From: Octopus vulgaris
Taxonomy: Eukaryota
Length of the DNA: 64,000 nt
Direction: 5' to 3'
Assembly: GCA_951406725.2 (NCBI GenBank)
Contig: OX597843.1
Coordinates: 6,014,001 to 6,078,000 of the forward strand
Below the pieces are notes generated by a model, which was given only the letters and a program-made list of their open reading frames with translations, did no database searches and was not told the origin of the DNA. The position numbers and the translations under genes were made by a program. Shown piece by piece: positions 10,627-24,028 of the stretch. Each line of letters opens with the position of its first letter. Position 1 is the stretch's first letter.

Positions 10627-11046
10627 ACTGTTTTCTGCAAGCGTTTGTACTCTTTCAGTTTTTTAATTCTTTCATATGCTTCAGATCAAAGGTTGTGGCC
10701 ATGCTGGGGCACCGCGGGTGTAATCACCTTTTCAATGACCCTTCTTATGCGATTGACTTTCGGTGAAGGAGGGAGTTCGATACTGCTACCCTCTTTCGAC
10801 TTTCTTGCCGTGATACAGGTTGATGTGGGACCTTGAATAGCAAGGGGTCAAGTTGCTTTTTGAAAAACATCTACTCCCTACTCCACGAAGATTCCTCGTG
10901 TGCTTCTACGTAGTACATAGACCCAGCAAAATAGTAGCTAAATTTCCTTCAATTTCAATCCCAAAGTTTGATATATATAGACGTACATGTGTGTGTGTAT
11001 ATATGTATACATGAATGCATTTATATATGTATCTATGTATGTGTGC

Positions 11047-11112
<66 letters not shown>

Positions 11113-11115
11113 ATG

Positions 11116-11280
11116 CGACGGGCTTCTTTCAGTTTCCGTCTACTAATTCCACTCACAAGGCTTTGGTCTGTCCGAGACTGCAGTAGAAGGCACTTGCCCA
11201 AGGTGCCACGCAGTGGGAATGAACCCGGAACCATGCGGTTGGTAAGCAAGCTACTTACCACACAGCCACTCCTACGCCTA
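11116..11280 (-). mobile_element. SINE A 5' half
   Basis: Identity to SINE A head. Confidence 0.85.
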
Positions 11281-11619
11281 CATAAGTATTTAAATCGATC
11301 GATAAAGAAAATAACACGAGATGGTCATCAGCTGGAATGTCTATGATCTCCAACAGTCTCTGTCCCATCAGCATTGAGTTGCGATTATACAGCGATAACA
11401 ACAACAACACCAACAACAAGAGAAGTCACAACAACAACAACAACGGTAGCAACAACAAAGACCGGTCTTCTTCTTCCTTCCGGAAGACAGGTGACTTGAC
11501 TCAGAAGGTGGTGTGACTGCTGGAATGAATTCAATTTGGTGAAAACGATACCACCGCCAGAAGTGGTAATGGTGGGGGTAGGGATGGTGGTGGTGGCTGA
11601 TGCTTGCGGCGGTGGTGGT

Positions 11620-11727
11620 TATATTATTATAATTATTGTTGTTGTTGTTGTTGTTATTATTATTATTATTAGTAGTAGTAGTAATAGTAGTAGTGTTGGT
11701 GGTGGGGGTGGTGAGGGGAGAGGGTTT

Positions 11728-11759
<32 letters not shown>

Positions 11760-11919
11760 GGTGGTGGTGGTGGTAGTAATAGTAGTACTAGTGTTGGTGA
11801 TGGTGATGGTGATGGTGGTAGTTATAGTAGTAGTGTTGGTGGTAGTGGTAGTATTAGTAGTAGTAGTAGTAGTAGCAGTGTTGGTGGTGGTGGTAGTAGT
11901 AGTAGTAGTGGTGGTGGTG

Positions 11920-11964
<45 letters not shown>

Positions 11965-12110
11965 TTGGTGCTGGTGGTGGCAGTAATAGTAGTAGTGTTG
12001 GTGGTAGTGGTAGTAGTAGTAGTAGTGATGATGGTGGTGGTGGTAGTAGTAGTAGTAGTAGTCGTTGTAGTAGTAGTGAGAATGGGGATAGTGGTGGTGG
12101 TGGTGGTAGT
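11620..12110. repeat. (GGT/AGT)n compound microsatellite
   Basis: Direct reading. Confidence 0.9.
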
Positions 12111-12152
12111 AATCGGTTGAATCGTTCAAAGAAAATATTAATTTCTGTTCAT

Positions 12153-12197
<45 letters not shown>

Positions 12198-12364
12198 CAC
12201 ATTCATATATGGCTGTGTGATTAGAGGCTTGCTTTCAAACCACAAGTTTTCAGGTTCAATCCCACTATGTAATACCTTGGGCATGTCTTTTCTTTTTTCT
12301 TTATAACCCCCGGTTGACCGAAGATTTGTGAGTGAATTTGGTAGAGAAAAACTGAAAGAAACCC

Positions 12365-12401
<37 letters not shown>

Positions 12402-12402
<1 letters not shown>

Positions 12403-12559
12403 CATTAATCAGTTTTATTTCAAGATTTCTTGCCAATAGAGAAAGAACCGGTTTCTAACCTAGATCCAAGACTCCTTCATTGAAATTTCAACATCAACAA
12501 CAGAGTATTTTTGTTTGTATGTAACAAAACATACAAATCAGTATACATACATACATACA

Positions 12560-12591
<32 letters not shown>

Positions 12592-12704
12592 AACAAAAAT
12601 ACTCTGTTGATGTTGTTGAAATTCCAATGAAGGAGCCTTTGATCTAGGTTAGAAACCGGTTCTTTCTCTATTGGCAAGAAATTTTTGAATAAACTGAATA
12701 ATGA
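12402..12704. repeat. ~115 bp inverted repeat made of two outward-facing retroelement 3' ends, each running into (CATA)n
   Basis: 12402-12522 is the near reverse complement of 12591-12704. The spacer contains AAAACATACAAATC, also in the 3' UTR of the R4-like element at 45445. Confidence 0.85.
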
Positions 12705-13320
12705 CATACATACATATAAACATACATGCATGCGTACATACATGCATACATACATACATCATACATACATACATCATACATACATACATACATACATATA
12801 TGCATACATGCATACATACATACACATACATACACACATACCTAGATAAATACATATATAAATACATACTTACATATACATACATATATGCATACATACA
12901 TGCATACATCCATACATATATCTATACATACAAACATAAATACTTACATATATAGATACATAAATACATATATACATACGTTGTTGACAAACAACGGCAG
13001 TAATTTTATTCAGCTGAATACACGTCATTGATTGGTCAAAATTACCGTAATACGACAACTTCAACGTGAAATATCTTCGTAAATATAAGCTTTTCACAAA
13101 AACGCTAAGAGTAAAAGATGTTTTATATGACACATTCTACCAGTGTCCGAAGTTTGAAAGTGTTTAGTTTACAAAAAGTTATTTTTTAAATCTGTCGGTC
13201 AAAAGGTAAAGATCAAACTTTAAACCTTTACAACTTTTAAAAAATAGATTTCTGGAAAGAGTGAAATAAACTCTAGCAATTCAGCTCGGAAAACTACATT
13301 CACGTATCAAATCATAAAAA

Positions 13321-13499
13321 TCTATATATATATAGGCGCAGGAGTGGCTGTGTGGTAAGTAGCTTGCTTACCAACCACATGGTTCCGGGTTCAGTCCCAC
13401 TGCGTGGCATCTTGGGCAAGTGTCTTCTGCTATAGCCCCGGGCCGACCAATGCCTTGTGAGTGGATTTGGTAGACGGAAACTGAAAGAAGCCTGCTGTA

Positions 13500-13548
<49 letters not shown>

Positions 13549-14371
13549 TTGTGTGTCTGTGTTTGTTCCCCTAGCATTGTTTGACAACCGATGATGGTGT
13601 GTTTACGTTCCCGTAACTTAGCGGTTCGGCAAAAGAGACCGATAAAATAAGTACTGGGCTTACAAAAGAATAAGTCCCGGGGTCGAGTTGCTCGATTAAA
13701 GGCGGTGCTCCAGCATGGCCGCAGTCAAATGACTGAAACAAGTAAAAGAGTAAAAGAGTATATAAAGCTGACGTTGTCTGTGTGTGGCAGGTTTGGTAGC
13801 CTTCAACTAACACTATCTCCTCCAAGACCCTGCGGCGCAAGTTGACCAAAATTGAGAGTATGATAGAAGAAGGCTTGCTCTTCCTTCCGTAGAAGAAAAA
13901 ATTCAAAACGGACCATGTTAACACCAAAAATTATTTACATCAAAAAGGTGCTGTTTTACTATGAAAATCCCTATTTTTTACGATTTATAAAGCTGAAGTT
14001 GTCTGTGTATGTCAGGTTTGGTAGCCTTCAACTAACACTATCTCCTCCAAGACCCTGCGGCGCAAGTTGACCAAAATTGAGAGTATGATAGAAGAAGGCT
14101 TGCTTTTCTTTCCGTAGAAGATAAAATTGATATCGGACCATGTTAACACCAAAAATTATTTACATTAAAAAGGTGCTTTTTTTTTTTGCTATGAAAACCC
14201 TATTTTTTACGATTTTTTGACTGCTATGTCGCCATTTCTCGGTGTATTTCAACCAGAAAAATGTTCAGTTAAAGAGAATAACAAGCTACAGAATGCACAA
14301 TTTTTACTTTTCAAAAATTCCGATTGTAAAGGGTCGAAACAAACCCGAGCAACGCCGGGCGATACTGCTAG
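13321..14371 (+). mobile_element. Non-autonomous Helitron family 1, with ~225 bp internal tandem duplication, interrupted by SINE A
   Basis: A|TCTATATA start, subterminal hairpin CCCGAGCAACGCCGGG, end CTAG|T; 13762-13985 duplicated at 13986-14213. Confidence 0.8.
13334..13760 (+). mobile_element. SINE A, full length, inserted in the Helitron 5' TA run
   Basis: Identity to SINE A. Confidence 0.92.
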
Positions 14372-14474
14372 TTCTTTCATTAACTTTGAATTTTCGAAAT
14401 TTAGCAGCCAAACTGAAAAGATCCCCAGTTTATACACATACATAAGAAGTCCTTGGGTGTAATTTAACGAACGT

Positions 14475-15037
14475 GGAGGCGCAATGGCCCAGTGGTTAGG
14501 GCAGCGGACTCGCGGTCATAGGATCGCGGTTTCGATTCCCAGACCGGGCGTTGTGAGTGTTTATTGAGCGAAAACACCTAAAAAAGCTCCACGAGGCTCT
14601 GGCAGGGGATGGTGGTGATCCCTGCTGTACTCTTTCACCACAACTTTCTCTCACTCTTACTTCCTGTTTCTGTTGTACCTGTATTTCAAAGGGCCGGCCT
14701 TGTCACTCTCTGTGTCACGCTGAATATCCCCGAGAACTACGTTAAGGGTGCACGTGTCTGTGGTGTGCTCAGCCACTTACACGTTAATTTCACGAGCAGG
14801 CTGTTCCGTTGATTGGGATCAACCGGAACCCTCATCGTCGTAACCGACGGAGTGCTTCCATTTCAAAGGGCCAGCCTTGTCACTCTCTGTGTCACGCTGA
14901 ATATCCCCGAGAACTACGTTAAGGGTGCACGTGTCTGTGGTGTGCTCAGCCACTTACACGTTAATTTCACGAGCAGGCTGTTCCGTTGATTCGGATCAAC
15001 CGGAACCCTCATCGTCGTAACCGACGGAGTGCTTCCA
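14475..15037 (+). mobile_element. SINE C with duplicated ~178 bp tail, 13 bp TSD
   Basis: TTTCAAAGGGCC...GTGCTTCCA occurs twice; TAATTTAACGAAC at 14460 and 15038. Confidence 0.92.
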
Positions 15038-15470
15038 TAATTTAACGAACATTAGGCTGCTATTTCTAGCACGTCCCTCTACCAAGCAGAAATCCTCCTA
15101 AGACGCCACATAGTCACGATATTCCGTCCGGTTTATTCTCCACTTCGTTACCTCTTTATAGAACTATACACTGTCCATTGTACACCTTATCTTGTGAGAT
15201 CATCAAAGTTTAGATCCCTGTCGCCGTTCGTTAGGAATTTTATTAATGAAATTCGGAAAAGATACGAATTTTTGTGGTTTCATAAAATTTCGTTATTTTT
15301 GTTTTTCTTTAACGTTTTATTATTTATTTTATGCTTTTGGGGGACAATACCTTTTCATTTTTTTAACTTACTGACCTCTTGAAAAAATGTATAAATTAAA
15401 TGTGTGCTTGTCTATGTGTGTTGTGTGTGTACGTGTGTGTGTTGTGCGTATGTGTGTATTATTATTATTA

Positions 15471-15526
<56 letters not shown>

Positions 15527-15528
<2 letters not shown>

Positions 15529-15943
15529 TCTTTTACTCTTTTACTTGTTTCAGCAGTCATTTGACTGCGGCCATGCTGGAGCACCACCTTTAGTCGAGCA
15601 AATCGACCCCGGGACTTATTCTTTGTAAGCCCAGTACTTATTCTATCGGTCTCTTTTTGCCGAACCGCTAAGTGACGGGGACGTAAACACACCAGCATCG
15701 GTTGTCAAGCGATGGTTGGGGGGACAAACACAGACACACAAACATACACACACACACACACACACACACATACATATACATATATACGACAGGCTTCTTT
15801 CCGTCTACCAAATCCACTCACAAGGCTTTGGTCGGCCCGAGGCTATAGCAGAAGACACTTGCCCAAGATGCCACGCAGTGGGACTGAACCCGGAACCATG
15901 TGGTTGGTAAGCAAGCTACTTACCACACAGCCACTCCTGCGCC

Positions 15944-15944
<1 letters not shown>
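15527..15944 (-). mobile_element. SINE A, full length, inserted in (ATT)n
   Basis: Identity to SINE A; ATT repeats on both sides. Confidence 0.92.
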
Positions 15945-16014
<70 letters not shown>

Positions 16015-16024
16015 ATTATTATTC

Positions 16025-16237
16025 ACGCGGCGTACTGGCAGAATCGTTAGCACGCTGGGCGAAATGCATAACAGCATTTCACTCCTCTCTATGTTCTGAG
16101 TTCAAATTCCACCGAGGTCGACTTTGCCTTTCATCCTTTCGGAAGTCAATAAATTAAGTACCAGTCAAGTACTGGGGTCGATGTGATCGACTTTCCTCCT
16201 CCCCAAAATTTCAAGCCTTGTGACTAAAGTACAAAGG
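16025..16237 (+). mobile_element. SINE B (tail type 1) between (ATT)n tracts
   Basis: CTGGCAGAATCGTTAGCAC head, GAGTTCAAATTCC B-box, central domain. Confidence 0.85.
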
Positions 16238-16267
16238 ATTATTATTATTATTATTATTATTATTATT

Positions 16268-16668
16268 GAGTGAGTGAGAGAGCAGTGCATGCCATCAAAG
16301 TGACACTGGGATAAAATATACGAAGCCCAATATACCCATCATGACTACCCGTCTGATAAGGGTACACCAGGCACATGCATCACAACCATATGTGCGCGAC
16401 ATGGTGATCTCATATCAAGATAAACAGCACATGACCTTGCAGGTGGGGCCCAGTTAGAATTTTCTTCAGGTCGAGTAACCCATCCCACTCAAAAGGTCCC
16501 CAAATAAGGGTTGTTTAAGGATGTTGAACGAAACACCCATGTTTCCAAAGGTGAATTATCCGAACCCCAAAGAATTCCTTTCAACACATGGCTACGATGC
16601 TCCCCCACGACCTCTGCTCGTGATCAGAGATGCACATATCGTCAGCCACAAAGGACATGCTCAACTGG
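16268..16668 (-). mobile_element. Unclassified interspersed element ending in (AAT)n; second fragment at 18685-18760 (+)
   Basis: ...CCCAGTGTCACTTTGATGGCATGCACTGCTCTCTCACTC then (AAT)n in both copies. Confidence 0.65.
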
Positions 16669-16983
16669 TCATTTTATCTCTGCTAGTCAGAAAAAAGAAA
16701 GAAAATTTTTGAAATTTCCCAAAATATACATTCAGAAGGTATTTTTCAGGTGAGAACTTTCGCTGAATAATTTTTCTTATTCTTTGAACAAAGTTTACAC
16801 TGAAATTATTTTGTGTTTAACTAAAAAAAGTATAACTTTGAAGAAATTGAGAAAAAATATTGCTCAAACCGAAATCTCTTTCGAGTTTAATTCCAAAATA
16901 CATAAATTTTAAGAAATTGTTACTCTTACTACGATATTCTACCTCAGAATTAATTATTCAGGAAATATCGGTGCCCCAAAATA

Positions 16984-17647
16984 ATGAATCACTACCGAAA
17001 AAGAAAGCTGAAGCAATCATTGCTGAATTTCCAATCTGATTCATCTAATGGAAGCACTCCGTCGGTTACGACGACGAGGGTTCCGGTTGATCCGAATCAA
17101 CGGAACAGCCTGCTCGTGAAATTAACGTGTAAGTGGCTGAGCACTCCACAGACACGTGTACCCTTAACGCAGTTCTCGGGGATATTCAGCGTGACACAGA
17201 GTGTGACAAGACCGGCCCTTTGAAGCACAGGTACAACAGAAACAGGAAGTAAGAGTGAGAGAAAGTTGTGGTGAAAGAGTACAGCAGGGATCACCACCAT
17301 CCCCTGCCGGAGCCTCGTGGAACTTTAGGTGTTTTCGCTCAATAAACACTCACAACACCCGGTCTGGATTCATCTAATAATGCTAAGCAGAAGAGAATTG
17401 CAAACGAAGTTTCGCAGCTCAAGAGAGGTCTTGCAAAGTCTTTGACACCTCATTGGATGCTCTCGGACAGGTCGACTGCCAACCAGTGCAGCCAGTTCTA
17501 GCAAAGTTTGATCCAAAAATTTATGGAAATTAGAGACGTGACTTCACATCAAGCTGGTATAGGGGTCGTTTATGGTTAGCGTATTCTCTTTCAAAGAAAT
17601 CCTTGTTTTTGTTTTGCTTGTCGGTACTTTAATACTTCTGCTCAAGC
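16984..17647 (+). pseudogene. Decayed hAT transposase N-terminus (TTF-type zinc finger), interrupted by SINE C
   Basis: QPVQPVLAKFDPKIYGN*RRDFTSSWYRGRLWLAYSLSKKS [frameshift] CFCFACRYF matches the PxQP...RxF...WY...WLxYS...CFxC pattern. Confidence 0.75.
17049..17367 (-). mobile_element. SINE C, 5'-truncated, 12 bp TSD
   Basis: GATTCATCTAAT at 17038 and 17367. Confidence 0.92.
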
Positions 17648-17674
17648 CGTTACTTGTTTTATTAAAAATGGATA

Positions 17675-18048
17675 TTTACTACCCACAAACGGATTAAGTC
17701 GATTATATCGACTCCAGTGCGTAACTGGTACTTATCTAATCGACCCCGAAAGGATGAAAGACAAAGTCGACCTCGGCGGAATTTGAACTCAGAACGTAAC
17801 GGCAGACGAAATACCTATTTCTTTATTCCCCACAAGGGGATAAACACAGAGAGGACAAACAAGGACAGACATAGGTATTAAGTCGATTACATCGACTCCA
17901 GTGCGTAACTGGTGCTTAATTTATCGACCCCGAAAGGATGAAAGGCAAAGTCGACCTCGGCGGAATTTGAACTCAGAACGTAACGGCAGACGAAATACCG
18001 CTAAGCATTTCGCCCGGCGTGCTAACGTTTCTGCCAGTTCGCCGCCTT
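17675..18048 (-). mobile_element. SINE B with two tandem body-tail units
   Basis: Identity to units at 3233-4105. Confidence 0.9.
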
Positions 18049-18420
18049 GTTTTGTCAATGCATGAAACAGCTGTAGGGCCCTTGAATCCCAAGCTATTGC
18101 AGTACATGGTTGTTACACTGAACAGGATATTTCTTAGGCCCCAACGATTAGGCGTCTTTCTGTCTCCTATTCGTTTCTTTTCTTTTTTTCTTTATTTCGA
18201 TAACTCCTTTCCGAGGCGGTGCCCCGATATCGAAGGCGTCTAATGACTGACTCAAGTGGAAGATAAACGGAATATTTCTATCGTATGGCACTTCTTATCT
18301 TGCACTTGTAGGGGCATCACCACAAATCGATCAGCCCGAGTATTTCCTTTCTTCCTTTCCTCCTTCCTTCCTTCCTTCCTTCCTTTCTTTATCTATTTTT
18401 TATCGTTTTTTTTTTAATTA

Positions 18421-18683
18421 TCTTTTTACTTGTTTCAGTCATTAGACTGCGGCCATGCTGGAGCACTGTCTTGAATTTTTAGTCAAATAAATCGACCCCA
18501 GGGCTTTTTTAAAAAACAAACTTGGTATTTATTCTAAATTTTACCGAACTGTTAAGTTACGTGGACGTAAACACACCAACACCAGTTGAGGGGACAAACA
18601 CAGAAATACACACACGCACATACACACATATATATGTATATACGACGGGTTTCTTCCAGTTTCCGTTTACTAAATCCACTCAC
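18421..18683 (-). mobile_element. Old partial SINE A
   Basis: Diverged match to SINE A 3' half. Confidence 0.75.
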
Positions 18684-18759
18684 ATGTCGTGATGGGTATA
18701 CTGGGCTTCGTATATTTTACCCCAGTGTCACTTTGATGGCATGCACTGCTCTCTCACTC

Positions 18760-19406
<647 letters not shown>

Positions 19407-19423
19407 TTCGAAATTTCCCCCAA

Positions 19424-19469
19424 GACACCTGATGAAGGCTGAAGGCTATATCAGCCGAAACACTGTGTT
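19424..19469 (+). ncRNA. Minimal hammerhead-like motif, canonical CUGAUGA core, stem III mutated
   Basis: GACAC-CTGATGA-A-GGCTGA aggctata TCAGCC-GAAA-CACT-GTGTT. Confidence 0.6.
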
Positions 19470-19771
19470 AACAACCAAACAAGATGAGGACAAACATCCG
19501 TCAAATGTAAACAATGTAAATAATCTTCTTCTTCTTCTTTTCTTATCTTTCTTTTTGTCGCTTTTCTTACTTTCTTCCTATTTTCATCCATTCATAAACG
19601 TCCATTTCTAAACACACACACACACACGCACACACACACGCGCGCACCCGGACCCGGACCCTTAAACACTTCCCGTCACCTTCTCAACATTTTTATTAAT
19701 GATTCATTATGAGTTTTTATCAACAAAATGCAAAGAATGTATTTACGTTTTCTTATCTACTTTTTGTTATC

Positions 19772-19871
<100 letters not shown>

Positions 19872-20057
19872 TCCTCAATGAATTACAATTTGTAATTAGA
19901 GTTGTTTGTTTTGTGAGTTTTAAAGACATTTTTGTTCCTGATTTTGTTTTTTTTTTTATTCTATTTAATGTTTTGTCGTTCTTGTGTTTTTTCCTGCCGT
20001 TTAGCCTGCGTTTTAAATGTATCCATAGATAGGTACACGAAGACATTTATTAAAAAT

Positions 20058-20218
20058 AGGCGCAAGAGTGGCTGTGTGGTAAGTAGCTTGCTAACCAGCC
20101 ACATGGTTCCGGGTTCAGTCCCACTGCGTGGAATCTTGGGCAAATGTCTTCTGCTATAGCCCCGGGCCGACCAATGCCTTGTGAGTGGATTTGGTAGACG
20201 GAAACTGAAAGAAGCCTG

Positions 20219-20308
<90 letters not shown>

Positions 20309-20670
20309 CGCAGGAGTGGCTGTGTGGTAAGTAGCTTGCTAACCAACCACATGGTTCCGGGTTCAGTCCCACTGCGTGGCATCTTGGGCAAATGTCTTCT
20401 GCTATAGCCTCGGGCCGACCAAAGCCTTGTGAGTGGATTTGGTAGACGGAAACTGAAAGAAGCCTTTCGTATATATGTATATATATATGTATGTGTATGT
20501 ATATGTTTGTGTGCCTGTGTTTGTCCCTCTAGCATTGCTTGATAACCGAGACCGATAGAATAAGTACTGGGCTTACAAAGAATAAGTCCCGGGTTCGATA
20601 TGCGCGACTAAAGGCGGTGCTCCAGCATGGCCGCAGTCAAATGAGTGAAACAAGTAAAAGAGAGTAAAGA
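20058..20670 (+). mobile_element. SINE A with duplicated 5' half around a (TA)n tract and an internal deletion
   Basis: Heads at 20058 and 20305. Confidence 0.9.
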
Positions 20671-20749
20671 GAGTTCGTCTCCTGCTATAGTTTTGATACA
20701 TGTATGTTTGTGTATGCATGTATATATATATACATATATATATATACAC

Positions 20750-20870
<121 letters not shown>

Positions 20871-20967
20871 ATCCAAACATGAAAACACAAAGAGAAAACA
20901 CAACAACGCGAGGACGTGGAACAAATATAGTATTATTGGACGCTCAGGAAAGAAGGAAAGAAGGAGG

Positions 20968-21002
20968 GTTTAACGTTTCGAGCGGAGCTCTTCGTCGGAA
21001 AC
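20968..21002 (-). ncRNA. Minimal hammerhead-like motif (CCGACGA core) in a ~200 bp PLE-like element (20865-21065)
   Basis: Minus: GTTT-CCGACGA-A-GAGC tcc GCTC-GAAA-CG-TT-AAAC; palindromic AACGTT. Confidence 0.65.
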
Positions 21003-21090
21003 ATAGGAGAAGGAAAGATCCAGAGAAGGGAAGACAGAGGGGAAAAAATCGCCAACGGTACACGTGTGTGTGTGTGTGTGTGTGTGTGTT

Positions 21091-21475
21091 CTTTACTCGT
21101 TTCAGTCATTTGACTGCGGCCATGCTGGAGCACCGCCTTTAGTCGAGCAAATCGAACCCAGGACTTATTCTTTGTAAGCTTAGTACTTATTCTGTCGGTC
21201 TCTTTTGCCGAACTGCAAACTTACGGGGACGTAACCACACCAGTATCGGTTGTCAAGCGATGTTGGGTGTGGGGGACAAACACAGACACACAGACATATA
21301 TATACATATATACGACGGGCTTCTTTCAGTTTCCGTCTACCAAATCCACTCACAAGGAATTGGTCGGCCGGAGGCAATATTAGAAGACACTTGCCCAACA
21401 TGCCATGCAGTGTGACTGAACCCGGAACCATGTGGTTGGTAAGCAAGCTACTTACCACACAGCCACTCCTATGCC
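21091..21475 (-). mobile_element. SINE A
   Basis: Identity to SINE A. Confidence 0.9.
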
Positions 21476-21514
<39 letters not shown>

Positions 21515-21597
21515 GCACATATATATATGTATGTGTGTGTGTGTGTGTGCGTGCGTGCGTGTGTATATATATATGTGTGTGTGTATACACATGGATA

Positions 21598-21810
21598 TAG
21601 GCGCAGGTGTAGCTCTATGGTAGGAAGGTATAGGAGCAAGCATGGTTGTGTGGTCAGAAGCTTGCTTTCCAATCACATGGTTTCGGGTTCTGTTCCACTG
21701 CGAGACACTTTGACCGAGTGTTGTCTACTGTGGCTTCGGCCAACCAAAGACTTGTGGGTGGATTTGGTAGAGGGAAACTGAAAGAAGACCGTCGCACATA
21801 TCTATCTATC

Positions 21811-21901
<91 letters not shown>

Positions 21902-22063
21902 CGCAGGAGTGGCTGTGTGGTAATGTAGCTTGCTAACCAACCACATGGTTGCGGGTTCAGTCCCACTGCGTGGCATCTTGGGCAAGTGTCTTCTGCTATA
22001 GCCCCGGGCCGACCAATGCCTTGTGAGTGGATTTGGTAGACGGAAACTGAAAGAAGCCTGTCG

Positions 22064-22097
<34 letters not shown>

Positions 22098-22300
22098 AGC
22101 GTTTGTGTGTCCATGTTTGTCCCCCTAGCATTGTTTGACAACCGATGCTGGTGTGGTTACGTCCCTGTCACTTAGCGGTTCAGCCAAAGAGACCGATAGA
22201 ATAAGTACTGGGCTTACAAAGAATAAGTCCCCGGGTCGATTTGCTCGACTAAAGGCGGTGCTCCAGCATGGCCGCAGTCAAATAACTGAAACAAGTAAAA
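21598..22300 (+). mobile_element. Old SINE A head followed by young full SINE A (21899-22300)
   Basis: Identity to SINE A. Confidence 0.85.
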
Positions 22301-22642
22301 AAAAAAAAAATGGGCGTTGAAAAGGTGGCTGAGGACTCCACAGACTCTCAAGGAACTACAGTGTGTTCTCAAGGAACACACTGGCAGTGCCCCAGTCTTT
22401 GGGCTGGAATGCAAAAAAATAAAATAAAAGAATACACGTAAAAGGTACATATTTAAACAAATATTCAAACCGGCATTTGTCACACTTTTGAACCGATAGC
22501 AACATTTGATATGAAGGTAATTGCTGATATTTACCTACTTCAGGTTATCAGTAAGTAGGTAAATATTTCACCGTATTATCTTTTTTGTATTGTTTTTGTT
22601 TTTGGTTTTTGTTTTTGTTTTTTTTTTTTTTATTCTTTTCGT

Positions 22643-23013
22643 CTCTTTTACTTGTTTCCGTCATGTGATTGTGGCAATGCAGGAGCACTGCCTTTAGTCG
22701 AGCAAATCGACCCCCAGGACTTATTCTTTGTAAGCCTAGTACTTACTCTATCGGTCTCTTTTGCCGAACCTCTAAGTTACGGGGACGTAAACACACCAGC
22801 GTCGGTTGTCAAGCGATGTTGGGGGACAAACACAGACACACAAACATATACACAGGCATACATACATATATATATTAATCAGCCGAAATTGCGAAGATGA
22901 TTCGGTTGTTGACTGATGACTGAGAGCTTCGAAAGTCCCGTCCGTGTTTTTTGTGTCGTCTTCTAAATGTTTCACGTTCTTGTCCCAGTTTGTGTATTTT
23001 TTTACTTTTACAC

Positions 23014-23064
<51 letters not shown>

Positions 23065-23190
23065 CATACGACGGGCTTCTTTCAGTTTCCGTCTACCAAA
23101 TCCACTCAAAGCTTTGGTCGGCCCGAGGCTATAGTAGAAGACACTTGCCCAAGGTGCCACGCAGTGGGACTGAACCCGGAACCATGTGAT
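22643..23190 (-). mobile_element. SINE A with a foreign ~135 bp insert (22875-23010) in its internal microsatellite
   Basis: SINE A halves separated by unrelated sequence flanked by TA repeats. Confidence 0.85.
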
Positions 23191-23535
23191 TTGTTAGCAA
23201 GCTTGCACGCTAATTTCACGAACAGGCTGTTTCGTTGTTCGGACCATCTGGAATGCTCATCGTCGCAACCGACGAAGTGCCAGTTGTGTTCTGCGCACCA
23301 CAAAGAAGTGATTCTGTCTTTGGTTTTTCAGTGATTCTTTTTTTTGAGATTGTAACCGTCCATCGAAATTTATATTAAGGCTCATCTCTCTTGGAAAGTG
23401 GCCCTACATCTGGAGGAGGGGAGGGGGAGTTCCCATTCCATTTTTGTTTTCTTTTTGCTCCCTTTTTTTGTTTTTGTTGTTTTTTTCTTCGTGTTCCTTC
23501 TGTGAGATGTTGCTGTCGAAGAGAAACTAACGACT

Positions 23536-23737
23536 TACTCTTTACTCTTTTACTTGTTTCAGTCATTTGACTGCGGCCATGCTGGAGCACCGCCTTTAGT
23601 CGAGCAAATCGACCCCGGGACTTAATTCTTTGTAAGCCCAGTACTTATTCTATCGGTCTCTTTTGCCGAACCGCTAAGTGACGGGGACGTAAACACACCA
23701 GCATCGGTTGTCAAGCAATGCTAGGGGGACAACACAG

Positions 23738-23793
<56 letters not shown>

Positions 23794-23954
23794 CAGGCTT
23801 CTTTCAGTTTCCGTCTACCAAATCCACTCACAAGGCATTGGTCGGCCCGAGGCTATAGCAGAAGACACTTGCCCAAAGTACCACGCAGTGGGACTGAACC
23901 CGGAACCATGTGGTTGGTAAGCAAGCTACTTACCACACAGCCACTCCTGCGCCT
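23536..23954 (-). mobile_element. SINE A, full length
   Basis: Identity to SINE A. Confidence 0.92.
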
Positions 23955-24028
23955 ATGTATTAAATTAAAACTTCAAATTTAACACACTCACCGGTAAAAC
24001 TTTCCACTTATTTCCTGTTTTTATTTTG

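Noticed and set aside
12985-13320. Possible MITE-like segments ending AAAGATC
   Set aside because: Matching opposite termini and TSDs could not be identified in this window.
4568-17349. Recurrent short ORFs such as MFIERKHLK.. and ..[15 protein letters not shown]..
   Set aside because: They recur only because SINE C and SINE A recur; Pol III-type elements with variable frames.
22905-22945. CTGATGA...GAAA as a seventh hammerhead
   Set aside because: No convincing stem II or stem I pairing could be drawn.
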